Source: Narcine bancroftii (taxonomy: Eukaryota). From it: a DNA stretch of 64,000 bases. Shown here in pieces: positions 1-13,400 of this stretch; the stretch's first letter is position 1, and every line of letters begins with the position of its first letter. The stretch covers positions 18,662,001 through 18,726,000 of the forward strand of contig NC_091480.1 of assembly GCF_036971445.1 (NCBI RefSeq), written 5' to 3'. The position numbers were made by a program, and so were the translations under genes. Below the pieces are notes generated by a model, which was not told the origin of the DNA, did no database searches, and worked only from the letters and a program-made list of their open reading frames with translations.

Positions 1-3000
1 CATTTTGCAGTAAAGTAACAAATTACATTTAGAACTTGGAATAAACATGCATCTGAACTTACCATTAGCAAACTCCATTGATGGACTGGGCCATTACTCA
101 AGTGATCTCCACTGTCAATGAAATTGGATACAATTCCTCAAAAAAACTAACAAGTTTACTTATATATTTTATTTAAATGTTCAGGCAACAACAGGTTTCC
201 TTTGTTCAAGTAATGCATGGAAATAAAACTAGACTTTTATCAACTGTTTTCATATGATAAATCTGTCAATTTGCTGCTCCTCAGAAGGGCAGGGGCACTA
301 GTATATTAATAGCAAAACTTCTCATAGGTTTCTATTGCAGTGATTGAGTTCATTTGGAAAGTGGAAAATGTTAATTGCTGCTGTATGAATGCCCTTGCTC
401 TTAATTGAGAAATGTTGGCTTTATCTTTGCGTTTCCACTTAAAGTTATCTGTTTTGTAATGAAATATCATTGCAATACACAAGTCGGTATCAAACAGCAC
501 AGCTGTTAAATGATTACAGTATTGTACAGTATACAAATTTATTGTATGCATTCTTAAACCACAAAATAAACTTTGATTTCATTTCCCTTGGAATATTGTC
601 TCTAACTGCAGAGATGTAGCTATTGAAGTTGTTTTCCATGTAAAATGTAATGAGAGCAGAGGGATAACGTGAAGCTTTTCATCTGTTGCCATCCTTTTTC
701 AAAAGTGCATTAATAGACTGAAAGATTGTCATACAGGCGAGTGCTTTAGCCAAGTTTTGGAAAGACCTGCACATCTCAAGCAAAGATTAAGTATTTAATG
801 CAGGGCAGTCAAAACATCCTCTTTCATAACCTGGCTGGATCTGTTGAGTGACTGATTTGAACTAGTTTTCTATCCATATTGGGTATTTAAGTCTACATTG
901 GTCGATGCATTGTTTAAAACAACTGCAGTAATAGGTTTAATTTTAGCAAAGTCTTTGCAAGACGGCACAATCACATGTATGTGTTTAGAATTAATGACTA
1001 GCTTGTGCTCAAATTCAACACCAGCCATTTGGTCTCTTAATTGGTTGTGGATGCACATTTATAGTTTGCATCTGAAGTCGGAGGCCAATTTTTAGAAGGG
1101 GAATGCAACTCTCAGCTGCAACAAGTGAGCATTTGGTGTGAGCGACTAATAAATTTCCATGTAACTTTTATATATTTATACATCGCTCTCCTTTCTTAGT
1201 GTTTGTCCTTGTGTTAACTGGACTACACAGGTAACCAGGTGATTTTTCTGTTACCTTGAAGACATTCAAGATTTTGTTCACTAAAATGCATGGTATTCAA
1301 TATCTGTTGAAAGCTAGAAGCAGAAAGTTGTATCAACTTGCTGAATTTCTATGTTGAACTGAAGTACAAGTTGCTGAGTGTGACTTTTTTTGTTCATGCT
1401 GTACTTGTAGTGTGGTTGGAATGCAATGTGTTGTATGATTTGTTTCATTAACAAAACAATGGAAAGGTAAGGTGATCATTACAGTTGTAATATGGGCAAA
1501 ATTTCATTACAAATAAATTATGTGCAATGGAACACATTTATCTTGTTGAATTCCTTGGGCGATGTCTTGTGGCAAGTGATTCTTTCATTGCAACTGACTG
1601 CAGATGAGTCTTTAATTTTGTGTTGAAAATGCTGAGGCATATCCGACCTAAATTTTCTCCGTTGACCTTGATTTCCAAGATGACATCCTATGTTGTGAAA
1701 TTGTACATCAGATAGTGTTATATTGTAAAGTTTTGTTGAAGGTGTTTATATGAAATCATTTATTCATTTTCACAGGTTAAGATCAGTGGTACCACTAATG
1801 AATGATTTTTTTTCCAAATGCAGTTTAGATAGAGCAGATGAGAAAAATCCATAAATCACAAGCCTGTTAATATCAGCGTTAAATGTAATTGGATCCTTGG
1901 AAAAAATTGTTATGACATCTTTTAATATTTCTAATCCATCCTTTGTGGGGAAATTTGCAGAATGTATAAATAAAATTTGCACTGGATACCCTGTGATCAT
2001 ATTCACCTGAATTGGAGTTCACTGTTTTAAGAGTAGTGGGAATGAAATAAACTTTTAGGTAGAAATTTGTTGGGAGTATGGTTTTTACACCAGATATTTG
2101 AAAAATCATTCTCACTTACATTTCAGTTGCTTTCACAAATTGGGGGATGGGTTCATCACTACTGTTGCACAAAATTAAAGTAGTTCTCAATTGGCCTCTT
2201 GGATTTCAGTTAAATGAATCAAAAAGATAACCAAGTTTAAATGGAAATGTATGAACAGAAATCTAGGACTTTCCAGAAATTGAAGCAAAAACTTCGTTTG
2301 AGTCTCCAAAAAAGGTGAACGCTGAGATTCCTATGCAGTAAATTTACAAAGGGTGGATAATTTGAAGAATTTAAGGTGGTAATAACCAACACCCTTTGAA
2401 GATGGATTTCTGATGGTTGAAGACCTAGAAATCACCAAAGAAACCATGTCTTTTTACTTTTAACAAAAAATCCTAAAAAGATCATTTTGAATTGCTCTGC
2501 AATAGATTAGAGCAATATGTTAAAGGACTGCAAAATCAAGTGCGTAATAACGAAGCTGTGCAGTGTTTCCATTGTGGAGTTTCATTCTTACGAGTTGTTA
2601 TTTTCCAACTCTGCTCTGTGACAAGCACAATTCAACTCATTGAAAGGCCTTTAAGATCATTCCAATAGTTTCAAGTAATCTCTTAAATGTAGTGCACGTT
2701 AGTATTTGACTTAACTCTCTCAATTTTGAAGATTGGGTTGGAATCAGGAGTACAGATGTGCTTGCTTTTATTACTGTAAACTATTTCATTGTGGCTTTTG
2801 TCCAGCTCGTCCCAGACGTTTCTTAGGATCAAGGTAGTTTCAGACTCAACTGATTGGTTCAATTTCATACATCCTGCTGAACCTATAAATTGATGCATGC
2901 CAGGCAAACCTGCAATGTTCTCTGGATATGAAAGCTTGATAGGCCAGTCAATTTTTGCTCAGTAACTGGAGCAATAATTCTAAAGTGCATTGATGTCAAT

Positions 3001-3057
3001 GTATTTACTCCACATTTAATTCTTAAGTTTGAGACTATATAAGCAGTTGTCGGAACT

Positions 3058-3245
3058 GTTCGTGTAGCAATTAGCACAATGTTGTTCCAGCATTAGCAAC
3101 GTGGGTTTGAATCCAACACTGTAAGGAGTTTGTACATTCTCCCTGTGTCAGTGTGGGTTTCAAAATCTATCAGGGATGTGGGTCAATTGGGTGGCATGGG
3201 CTCGAGGCTTGAAAGGACCTGCTGCCGTGCTGGATGCCTAAATTT
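3058..3245 (+). mobile_element. tRNA-derived SINE (HE1/V-SINE-like), degraded
   Basis: Shares GGAGTTTGTACATTCTCCC.GTG..GTGTGGGTTT core and CCTG..CGTGCTG.ATG.CTAAA tail with the copies at 13.9, 20.7 and 63.7 kb. Confidence 0.7.
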
Positions 3246-3316
3246 TTTTAAATTAGTATATTAAACCAGTAATGTGATACAAGTTTTATTCCATTAAGAA
3301 GACCTCAGCCTCTCTC

Positions 3317-4091
3317 GATAATTCCGGTTCTGGTGCTTCTTATTAATTACTACATTAATTTCATTATGAGCATGTTTTTCCTTTTTTTAACTGATTTATT
3401 ACTTTGATCAATGGTTCATTAAATTATGATTGCAGTTGTACTATTTGGATGTTTTAATACAGTTGAAATGAATGAGGTCATTTTCAATTTAAAACAGTAC
3501 CTGTATTCCAAAATTCTGTGTATTGGATACATTTACGGAAACCACTAAATCTCCATTTTCTTGCACTCAATGGGGGGGGACACCTCAGATGTGCTTCTAT
3601 AATATGCAAAGTTGTTTTGTGTTCTGGGGCAAGTTGAAAATTATCTGTCCTGTTTGATTTGAAATGTAGTTTGTGTTGAACGCTGAGAAGATGAAGCTGG
3701 GTTGACGAGTGAAAAGTATTGAGGTTGTTCTAAACCATTTGTTAAAAAAGAAAATGACAATTGACTGGGCTGTTATTTGCCAGAAACGTGACACCCACAG
3801 GTCATTTGGCCCATCGTTTACTTTCCGGCTTTCAAAGGAACTGATTTGTCCCTGCAGCTTTGTCCTCCCATCCCCCAGAAAGCTGCAAATTAAATCTGCA
3901 TTACCTTTAGATAATATACTCAGATCATCACAACTTCTTGAGTTCAAAAGAATTATTTGAAACTTTGTAACCAAAGTAATCCAAGGCACCAACCTGTCTT
4001 TTTATTTTTCAAATGCTGATAATTCCGGTTCTGGTGCTTCTTATTAATTACTACATTAATTTCATTATGAGCATGTTTTTCCTTTTTTTAA
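3317..4091 (+). repeat. 74-bp perfect direct repeat (3317-3390 and 4018-4091)
   Basis: GATAATTCCGGTTCTGGTGCTTC...GCATGTTTTTCCTTTTTTTAA occurs twice, 701 bp apart. Confidence 0.9.
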
Positions 4092-5929
4092 AAAGTTGAG
4101 GTTTTTACTTGGGCAGAAAGAAAATGTCTTCTCCAAGCTTAAACAAAGCTAAATATTTCTGATTTGTTCCCTTTCTGTGTGGACATTATAGATTTGCCAT
4201 GATGCTGAAGGATAATCTGGTCCTGAAACAGCTGATGTAATTTCCATTGCAACCTGATTAATAAATTTACTTAACCCTTAACCCTTGATACCCTGACATA
4301 TCAAATACTTGTCAATCTCTGCCTCATAATTTCGCTTCCACAGCCGACTGTGGCAAAAGATTCGCAGCTGTCTGCATCTGTTGAACTGTCACCTTTTATC
4401 CTGAACTTACGCCCTCCTCTCCTGGAATCCCCTACCATGGGAAACATTCTTGCCACATCTACTGCCAATCAAGCCATTGGACCTACCTCCCGGTTAAAAA
4501 GCTGTAGTATCACTTTTTTGCCATCATCTTTCTCACTGCAACTTAGTTCCTTCTGCAGTGGAGCAAAGGGAAACCAACTTGCAGCCACCCTCCAAATCCA
4601 ATCCTATCTGGATCTCAATAACAGTTGAAATGTGGAGGTAATGCCTGTATTTTCCATATTCTGTGGCTGATCTCTGTCATTATCAACTGATTAATTGAAG
4701 CTTTGGCAAAGATGGTGAAGATGTCTGCCAATGGTTTGCAGTTAAGATTCTAGAAAATAGGCAGCTCTTCCATTGTTCTCGTGAAGGCAGGCATTGATGC
4801 AATAAGGTACAGCATTCAGTGTGCCAACATTGCCTCCAGTTGATTGAGGAAAAGTGTTTCAAGCACCAATCTAGCACAAAGCTCATGGACTACAAGATTC
4901 AATTTATTGCCATGTAATTAAGAGTGTCATATCACATGAAATTGATTTTTGTCTGCTGTGAGACAAACAGATTTGCTATTGGCAGAAATTGTCTGGTGCC
5001 TATTAGTTAGAGAAAGAACAAAAAGAGTTCTCCCTTCGTGTCCATGCATTCACCAACATCGCTCCTGCAAACCCTGGAGTTTAATCCAAACCATCAGCAA
5101 CCTAAGCTCCATTATACCATTAGGAACCCTTCAACGCCCTCAGCAGTTTCTCGCATCCTTGTTCTGATGCTTGGTATCCCATCAGCCAGTCTGAAGCCTG
5201 GTCCTTGTCTGTAGTATCCAGCAGCCAGAAATCTCATGGGTTCCTCGCCTCGAGTCACCAGCAGCCCGCTGCCTGTGTAGGTCCTTCTGTTGTAGAACCC
5301 CTCACTGATTCGCCTCCTCAGTCACTATCCCATGGGTCGTCTCTACTGCTCCTCAGACAGGGTGGTTTCTCTCTTTTCTGGTGCCCTGCACCAGTCCTCT
5401 GCTTCCCTGGAGTCTGCAACCTCTTGTGGTTGCCACTCATAGGCGCTGCCATCTGAGGTCCAGACCCTATGGGCGCAGGATTTTAAAGAAATCTACCGTC
5501 GGCTCCTTTGCAGGCCGTTCAAAGCCTGTATGGAACTTGTGGAAGTCAAACTGGGAGGTTGGACTCCACAGGAGTGCTGTGTCTGCTCTCAGTGGGTCTA
5601 CCTGCTGGCATTACTCCCTGTTCTCTACTCAGAGGTTTACATTACCAATTGTAAGTTCCTGAAAATACTGCCATTTTTACAAGATCTTTTCATTTCCTTA
5701 GCAGATTTGTGTCCCAATGTCAATGACCTCCATGGAGCAAACTACCCAATCCCAAAATTAGTCAGGCCACCTCATCTGCCTGTACTGTAACAGACCTCAT
5801 CACAATCTCGTCCTTTGGAGAAATCTAGAGGAAAAAGTTCAAAGATATGCTCACGGCTTCCCTGGAAATGAACTACGAGCCCAGTGACACGCGAGGAATT
5901 CCTCACTGATCCAAATGGAGGAAGATTGT

Positions 5930-6360
5930 TTGCTGCATTGGATGTCAATGAAACTAAGGAAATGATTGTGGAGTTCAGGAAGGGGAAGCCAGTGGAGCAT
6001 CTCTGAGGACCTATCCTGGGACCATCATGTTGATGCAATTATGAAAAAGCACATCAGTAACTACATGGTTGAGAGTTTGAGGTGATTGAAAATGCAATCA
6101 AAGACATTCATCAGATTTCTGCAGGTATACCATGGAGGGCATTCTGACGAGTTGCATCACCATCTAGGACGGCCATGAACAGGCTCCAGTGGGTTGGCCA
6201 GCATCTTCGTTCCAAGGTGGGGACTCACAAATGTAGCATCTCTCCTCAAGGAGCCTCACATACAGGCCCTTTTCTCGTCAGGGATGATCCCTGAAGACAG
6301 GCACTCAACGTTACCAAAAGGAGCTTCTTCCCCGCTGCCATCAGGTTTCTGAACCTCCCA
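5930..6360 (+). mobile_element. Degraded LINE RT 3' remnant (Rex1/Babar-like)
   Basis: AAACTAAGGAAATGATTGTGGAGTTCAGG (TKEMIVEFR) and AGCTTCTTCCCCGCTGCCATCAGG (SFFPAAIR) remnants; similar to 21780-22430. Confidence 0.55.
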
Positions 6361-6519
6361 CACTTTTTCCTCTTGTTCCACGACTGGCTTATTTTTAAAG
6401 CGTTGCAGTTACAAAATTTAAATGTTTTCACCTGGTTCTGCACCATAGTGCTTGCCAGACAGTAACAAATTCCATGGACATAATGGCACTGGAGGAAGAA
6501 GCACCCCCATTCCTCACCC

Positions 6520-7450
6520 GGGCACAAGGACACCCCCGGACCCCACCTGTGGAAGAGGGCAGGTCGGATCCCTGGTCCGGAAGCGTTTTCCTCATCCCCG
6601 AGGAACCAGGTCGTCTCCAAATGAACGTGGACCAGAAACCGGTCAACTCCGCGAGTTGCTCCGGCATCTCGTTCCGCCCGAAAAACGGATCGAAACCAGA
6701 GTGGAACGACACGTGGGATCGGCTCGGGCGCCAGGTGTTCCCGCCTGCCCCCTAGCGGTGACGGCGCGCCCCCTGCCGCGCACCACCTGGTGTCAATAAA
6801 GTTGGGTTGTTGACCGTGACTGGGACGCCGCCGCGCGTGGAGCCCAAGATGGCGGCGGAGAAGCAGGGGATGGAGACGGTTGCGGAGGTGGATTCGGAGC
6901 AGGTACGGGAATGGGGAAGCCTTTGGGGGCCCCCTCTCGATCTTTCGCCCCGGACCCGGGGGCGGCGCCACGAGTTGAAGCCGGTGGCCGATCGCGCGGG
7001 CCGTCTCCGTTGCTGCGGCGGGGGAACGTGGGCCCCGAGGCCTTCTGCCACCCTGGCGGGCACGCTATTGACCCCGTCGGGGCTGGTGACCTCGGGGAGA
7101 CGCCGACTGGCACACGGGAGACTTGGGCTTGCAAATTATTAACTGTTAAATGCTGGAAAGTGGGGGCTTGTGGAGAGACCAGAACGAACACACGATGCTG
7201 TGACTGTAATAAAAACACTCGGAAATGCTGGAGGGACTCGGCCGGCCTCGCAGCCTCCCTCGGAGGGACGTAGATCCCCGACGTTTCGGCTCTGAGCCCC
7301 TCAAGGTCCGAAATGTGGGTTAATCGATCTTTCGACCGGCAGATTTCCTCTCGCGTTTCGATGCCGGAGACGTTGAGTTCCCCCAACAACTCCTGCCGAC
7401 CCTTCTCGGAAGCGGGAAAACTTAGCGAGCATGCGAGCCTTTCCCACTGC
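6520..7450 (+). promoter_or_regulatory. CpG-island promoter and first exon of RSL1D1
   Basis: High GC and CpG density; ETS motif CCGGAAG near 6578; E-box CACGTG 6710-6715; YY1-type AAGATGGCGGC overlapping the start codon. Confidence 0.8.
6849..6902 (+). CDS. RSL1D1: RSL1D1 exon 1 ([18 protein letters not shown])
   Basis: ATG in CAAGATGGCG context within a CpG island; donor CAG|gtacgg, phase 0. Confidence 0.88.
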
Positions 7451-10400
7451 ACCGATTTATCTGGTTAATAGGCATTTTGATGGGAGGGGGTAGGGGAGAG
7501 AGAGGGGGGGTAGGGGAGAGAGAGGGGGGTTAGGGGAGAGAGAGGGGGGGTTAGGGGAGAGAGAGGGGGGGTTAGGGGAGAGAGAGGGGGGGTTAGGGGA
7601 GAGAGAGGGGGGGTTAGGGGAGAGAGAGGGGGGGTTAGGGGAGAGAGAGGGGGGGTTAGGGGAGAGAGAGGGGGGGTTAGGGGAGAGAGAGGGGGGGTTA
7701 GGGGAGAGAGGGGGGGTTAGGGGAGAGAGAGGGGGGGTTAGGGGAGAGAGAGGGGGGGTTAGGGGAGAGAGGGGGGGTTGGGGAGAGAGAGGGGGGTTAG
7801 GGAAGAGAGAGGGGGGTTAGGGGAGAGAGAGGGGTGTAGGGGAGAGAGAGGGGGTAGGGGAGAGAGAGGGGGTAGGGGAGAGAGAGGGGGTAGGGGAGAG
7901 AGAGGGGGTAGGGGAGAGAGGGGGTAGGGGAGAGAGAGGGGTGTAGGGGAGAGAGAGGGGGTAGGGGAGAGAGAGGGGGTAGGGGAGAGAGAGGGGGGTA
8001 GGGGAGAGAGAGGGGGGTAGGGGAGAGAGAGGGGGTAGGGGAGAGAAGGGGTTAGGGGAGAGAAGGGGTTAGGGGAGAGGGGGTTAGGGGAGAGGGGGTT
8101 AGGGGAGAGAGAGGGGGGTTAGGGGAGAGAGAGGGGGGTTAGGGGAGAGAGAGGGGGGTTAGGGGAGAGAGAGGGGGGGTTAGGGGAGAGAGAGGGGGGT
8201 TGGGGAGAGAGAGGGGGGTTGGGGAGAGAGAGGGGGGTTGGGGAGAGAGAGGGGGGTTAGGGGAGAGAGAGGGGGGTTAGGGGAGAGAGAGGGGTGTAGG
8301 GGAGAGAGAGGGGTGTAGGGGAGAGAGAGGGGGTAGGGGAGAGAAGGGGTTAGGGGAGAGAAGGGGTTAGGGGAGAGAAGGGGTTAGGGGAGAGAAGGGG
8401 TTAGGGGAGAGAAGGGGTTAGGGGAGAGAAGGGGTTAGGGGAGAGAAGGGGTTAGGGGAGAGAAGGGGTTAGGGGAGAGAAGGGGTTAGGGGAGAGAAGG
8501 GGTTAGGGGAGAGAAGGGGTTAGGGGAGAGAAGGGGTTAGGGGAGAGGGGGTTAGGGGAGAGAGAGGGGGTTAGGGGAGAGAGAGGGGGGTAGGGGACAG
8601 AGAGGGGGGGTAGGGGACAGAGAGGGGGGGTCCCCTCCTACGGCAGTGACAGTGCGAGAGCAGGTTGTGCCAGAAGGCGAATAGTGGGCCTTTTCACACC
8701 CCATTTGTAAAATGGAGATTCCTTGGAAATTTTTCCCAGGAACCTGTGGTGTGGCAAGAACGGCCCTGGGAATTTTGAATGGCCCTATGGGCCTACGAGA
8801 GGGCTGGGGAAATGTTCCCGGACCACCCTCTCCTTGCAGAGTTAAAAGTCAAATAGCTGAGCAGGGGAAGCCTCATGACATCATCGCTTTCATGCTGCGT
8901 CACACTGGCGATTAAAGTTCAAAGCTATTTGCCACCAGAGAACAGTGAGCTGCTTTAGCCCGTCGCAATGGCAGCACAATGCGGGATGAATGGCTGTCTT
9001 TGTTAACCGTAATCCCTCACGCAGCTGTACTTCCTTGAGCTGTTCCAGCTGCGTGAGGGATTATGGGAAACGAAGTCGGCCATTCAGCCTGCATTGTGCC
9101 ACCGTTGCAACGTTCCAAAGTGACCCCAATGGATGGCCAGCAGGGGACGGGCGAGAGAGAGAGACTGATGAAGCGGCCAGCAATCAAAGGACAGGGAGAG
9201 GACTTGCTCTCGCTCTTGTGAGTGCATAACACATCTTCACCCTAATTTACTGGGAAGGGAGAAATTGGACCGCAGTGTGAAAGGCTTGGGGGTGGGGGGG
9301 TCCCTGAATTCCTGGAAATTTCTCCAGGTCAAAGTAGGGTCATCGCTCACCTGCAGTGTGAAACACCTTACTGTGAGTTAACTTGGCTGGGCTCTAACAT
9401 TGCCCCCCTCAAATGTCAGTCTCCAGTTGAATTCAACAGGAATTTAATTTGCCCTACAGGTTGGGAGATTTCACACTGCACGATTACCAGGAACAGACCC
9501 GCTAAATTAGCCAGTTAACCCACATAAAATCGGGGATGTGAAAGGGCATTGCTTTGAAAATGAAGGCAATGGTTATAATTAAATTATGGAATGGGAAAGT
9601 TCATTTATTTGTTGCAAAATACTTATTATAGTAAGAGCTTCTTCGAACAAACTGAACATCTCCAATAAACTGTCATCCTTAATCTCGCATCTCTTTCAAA
9701 AGTACAGTTTTTATATGTAAAAGTGGGGTTCAAAATAAAATTGGATAGTTGATGACATGAATAAGTCTCATGGGCTCGGGCAATCTGAAGTAGAAGATGT
9801 AATATTTTGGTTTGGTATTAATTTCATTACAAGATAATGTTACCATTTTGAAATTGTTCTGATGTTTGCATTTTGTAATGGTTATGCTAGAAAGCGTGTA
9901 TGATCTCAAAAACATAAGAAATAAATGCATTAATATCGAATTAACGTCATTGTAAGTTCCCAATCTTTGATTTTCACATTGTTTGGTAGGTGTGTTAAAG
10001 ATTCCCATATTGGAGAGGAAGTAAGGGTCCCAAACCTTGATTGGTAGAGAGAGAAGGGTGAAGCAAATGGTGAAAATTGTGGTAATGGGAAATAAAGAAC
10101 ATAGATCAGCAAGCACCCTTGAAATTTAAATAAATTCTCAAGGGCTGAAATTGGAAGAATGGGATCATTTGAAAAGGTGATGTGCAAATCGTATTACAGT
10201 ATTAAGGAATTTACTGGTGTTCATTGCTGATAAATGGGATGGTTCATCCAAGTATTCTTCAGCATTCGAGTTTAAAACTTAAATACCCTGTTATCTCTAA
10301 GTGAATATGTTCTGTTGTATTGACCTTTGCCATCTCATTTCATCAGATATACAAAGCTGTTAAAGCATTAATGGAATATGTGAAGAAAACCAAAAATGAC

Positions 10401-13400
10401 ACAAAACTATTTCTGAATGAAGATGAAATTATAATGCTATGTGTCACAGTGTGGGAGATTCCAAGCCAAGAGCAAAAAATAAAAATGTAAGTAAATGAAA
10501 AGAGATTTCTTTGCTTTTTTTGGTTGAAAAATGACACATTTTCTTGATCTCAAGATGATTTTTTTTGGTGATGTTTGTACAAAAATATTGACTTACATTT
10601 TTTTTAAACTAAATAATAGGTCTAATAAAAACACAATGCTGGAGAAACTCAGCAGGTCAGTGTCCTTTCTATAGCAATGGTAATAAACCTTGCTGCTTTA
10701 AAAAGATAATTTTACATTAGCTCATTGAGCCATCTGGGAGGTGGGGCCTCGGGTTCTGCACCCTGATGCCTGGCAGTCATTCACAGCCAGCTCTGTTTAA
10801 TACAAGGGCATCAGAGTGGAGCCCATCAACATGGTCTCTCTTGTGAGTGCCGCATAGACTGTGCTACTCGTGGGAGGAATTAATGTTTAGGGAGTTAAAT
10901 GAGGGAGGGGCAAGTGAGGCAAGCTTCTGTGCCCTGGATGGTGTTTAGCTTTTTTGGCAAGTGAGAAGTATTCCATCATGTTTTTAGCGTGCTTTGTAGA
11001 TGATGGAAAGATCTGGGAAAATCTGAAGGAGAGTCTTTCACTGCCAACTTGGAACCATTTAATCATGGTACTTGTATTTATAAGAGTGATCCAGCTGAGT
11101 GTGAATGGAGAGCACCACAAGTTGCATTGGTAGGAGACTTGACATTGGTAATGTCATTATCAAGTGTCAGGTTAGATTGTCTCATTCGAAATTCTTATTG
11201 TCTTGCATAATATTGCTACTGAGGAGTTGCAGATGGAACTAAACATTGTGCAGTTGTAGTGAACATTTCCACTTGCAACATTATAATAAAAGATTGTCGT
11301 TAAGTAGGCAGTTGAAGACATTTGGATCTAGTGCACTGCCATGACGAATCTGCATTGATGTCCGATAGCTGGTATGACTGACCTTCAACAAGCACAGCCA
11401 TTTTCTTTGGTGCAGACCTGGGGGGAGCAAAGATGTGGCTTTCAGTGTTGCTCTGAAGGGTCCAACTGCCCAGTGATCCCATGCAACAGCCCAGTACAGG
11501 TTTAAGCTGCCAGTGAAATGTGGCTGGTGGTGTTTCTTGTACATCAAAGGCTACAGAGGTCTGCGCTCAAGATGGCGGTGGCCAGACTTTGAGGATTGCA
11601 AACTCCAGGGGAGCAGCGGGCCAGCACAAGGCACCTGAAGGGGGAGACCATTCCCTACCCTGGCCAAAAAGGTCTCGGGAACAGCAAACCGATGTTGGAC
11701 TCAGCAGGCCAATGTAAATGGCTTGTGTGAACTAGGTATTGGGACTGGGATCCATGAGGGTGCTGATGGTGGACAGGATTCCCGAGGGTTCTCGGCCACT
11801 GACAGTTTCTTCCTTGCTAAAGGGGTTCAGAATGAGAAAACAAAGAGGATGACCTGGAGGCCTCAACAAGACAGGAGGTCGTGAAGCTACAGAGGTTTGA
11901 GAAAGTAGGAGGTTGCAGGATCCATGATGACTTGATTTCTCTTTCTTTGTCTTGATGGTGGTGCTGGCCTAATTGCGCCTCTTTGTGTACTTTTGCAGGG
12001 CAAACCAAGAAAAACTAATTTTGTATTCATGGCAATAAAGGAATCTTGTGTTCAGTGTGGCTGGAATATATTCCCTTTGATGTCCATTGACTTCAGTTTT
12101 CCCAAAGCACACTTGGTTAATTACTCCCCTCATGTCAAGGATAGTCAATCTTGCTATACTTGTGGAATTCAATTTTTGGTCCATATTTGGTCAGCATTCT
12201 TTGAAGGAACATTCCTAAATAAATTAAGTTGAAAGCACTGTAACATTGGCACAGAATTTTACTCAGCATTGAGCCAACAGCAGTTTAAAAATTGATCACT
12301 TTAACTTGAGTGATTTCCCCTACTGTTTTGCTCATCCTGGGATTTTTTTTCTGTTTGTGTTATTCTTTCCTCTTAAAGAAACTGGATCACATCAGCAAAT
12401 TAGCTTTCAATAGGTCATAAATTTTTAAAAAATTATTTTTAATTTTTTTTATTTTTCACACTATGAACCATATTAACCAAAATACACACAAACATTTCCC
12501 TCTTGAATATACACAGTGTAATCTTCTCCCCTTTTTCCCCCCTCCCAACCCATTAAATGTTCAACATGTACAATACAATAAACCCATTAAACCATGTCAT
12601 CACACAATGAAAATAAACAAGAAAGTTGTATCATCTACTTTTACACACTGGGTCACTTCATTCTATCATTTTAGGGGGTGGAGGTCCGCGGTAGGCCCTC
12701 TCTGTTGTGTTCCATGTACAGTTCCCAAATTTGTTCGAATAACGTGACTTGATTTTTTTAATTCTGTTATTTTTTCCAGTGGAATACATTTATTCATTTC
12801 TATGTACCATTGCTGTACTCTCAGGCTCTCTTCTGATTTCCAGGTTGACATTATACATTTTTTTGCTACAGCTAAGGCTATCATAATAAATCTTTTTTGC
12901 ACTTCGTCCAGTTTGAGGCCTAATTCTTTACTTCTTATATTACTTAGAAGAAAGATCTCTGGATTTTTTTGGTATGTTGCTTTTTGTGATTTTATTTAAT
13001 ACCTGATTTAGATTTTCCCAAAACTTTTCTACTTTCTCACATGCCCATATTGCATGTACTGTTGTTCCAGTTTCCTTCTTACAGCGAAAACATCTATCTG
13101 ATACCGTTGGGTCCCATTTATTTAACTTTTAGGGCGTGATATATAGCCTGTGGTCATAAATTAATTTTGGAAGTAATTACAGAAACCTGTTGCAAGAAAA
13201 ATAAATCTTTATTCTTATAAATCAGTAGTTCCTTAAATGGAATCTGACTCCAGGACTTTAGTCACCATTGTGTTACTGTTTTTCCACCACTCCATTCTTC
13301 ATGTGGCAGTAATAGTCCTTGAGGTTTTCACTTTAAGCTAATTTAAATATTTGAGTAATTCTTGATGTTGGCAGTATGCGTTAAGTAGGTAGCTCTAGCT

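Noticed and set aside
6246-7452. Overlapping 100-240 aa ORFs on both strands
   Set aside because: By-products of the GC-rich RSL1D1 CpG island; only 6849-6902 fits the gene.
7482-8630. True telomere or chromosome fusion site
   Set aside because: TTAGGG occurs singly within longer units, not as (TTAGGG)n, and there is no head-to-head inversion.
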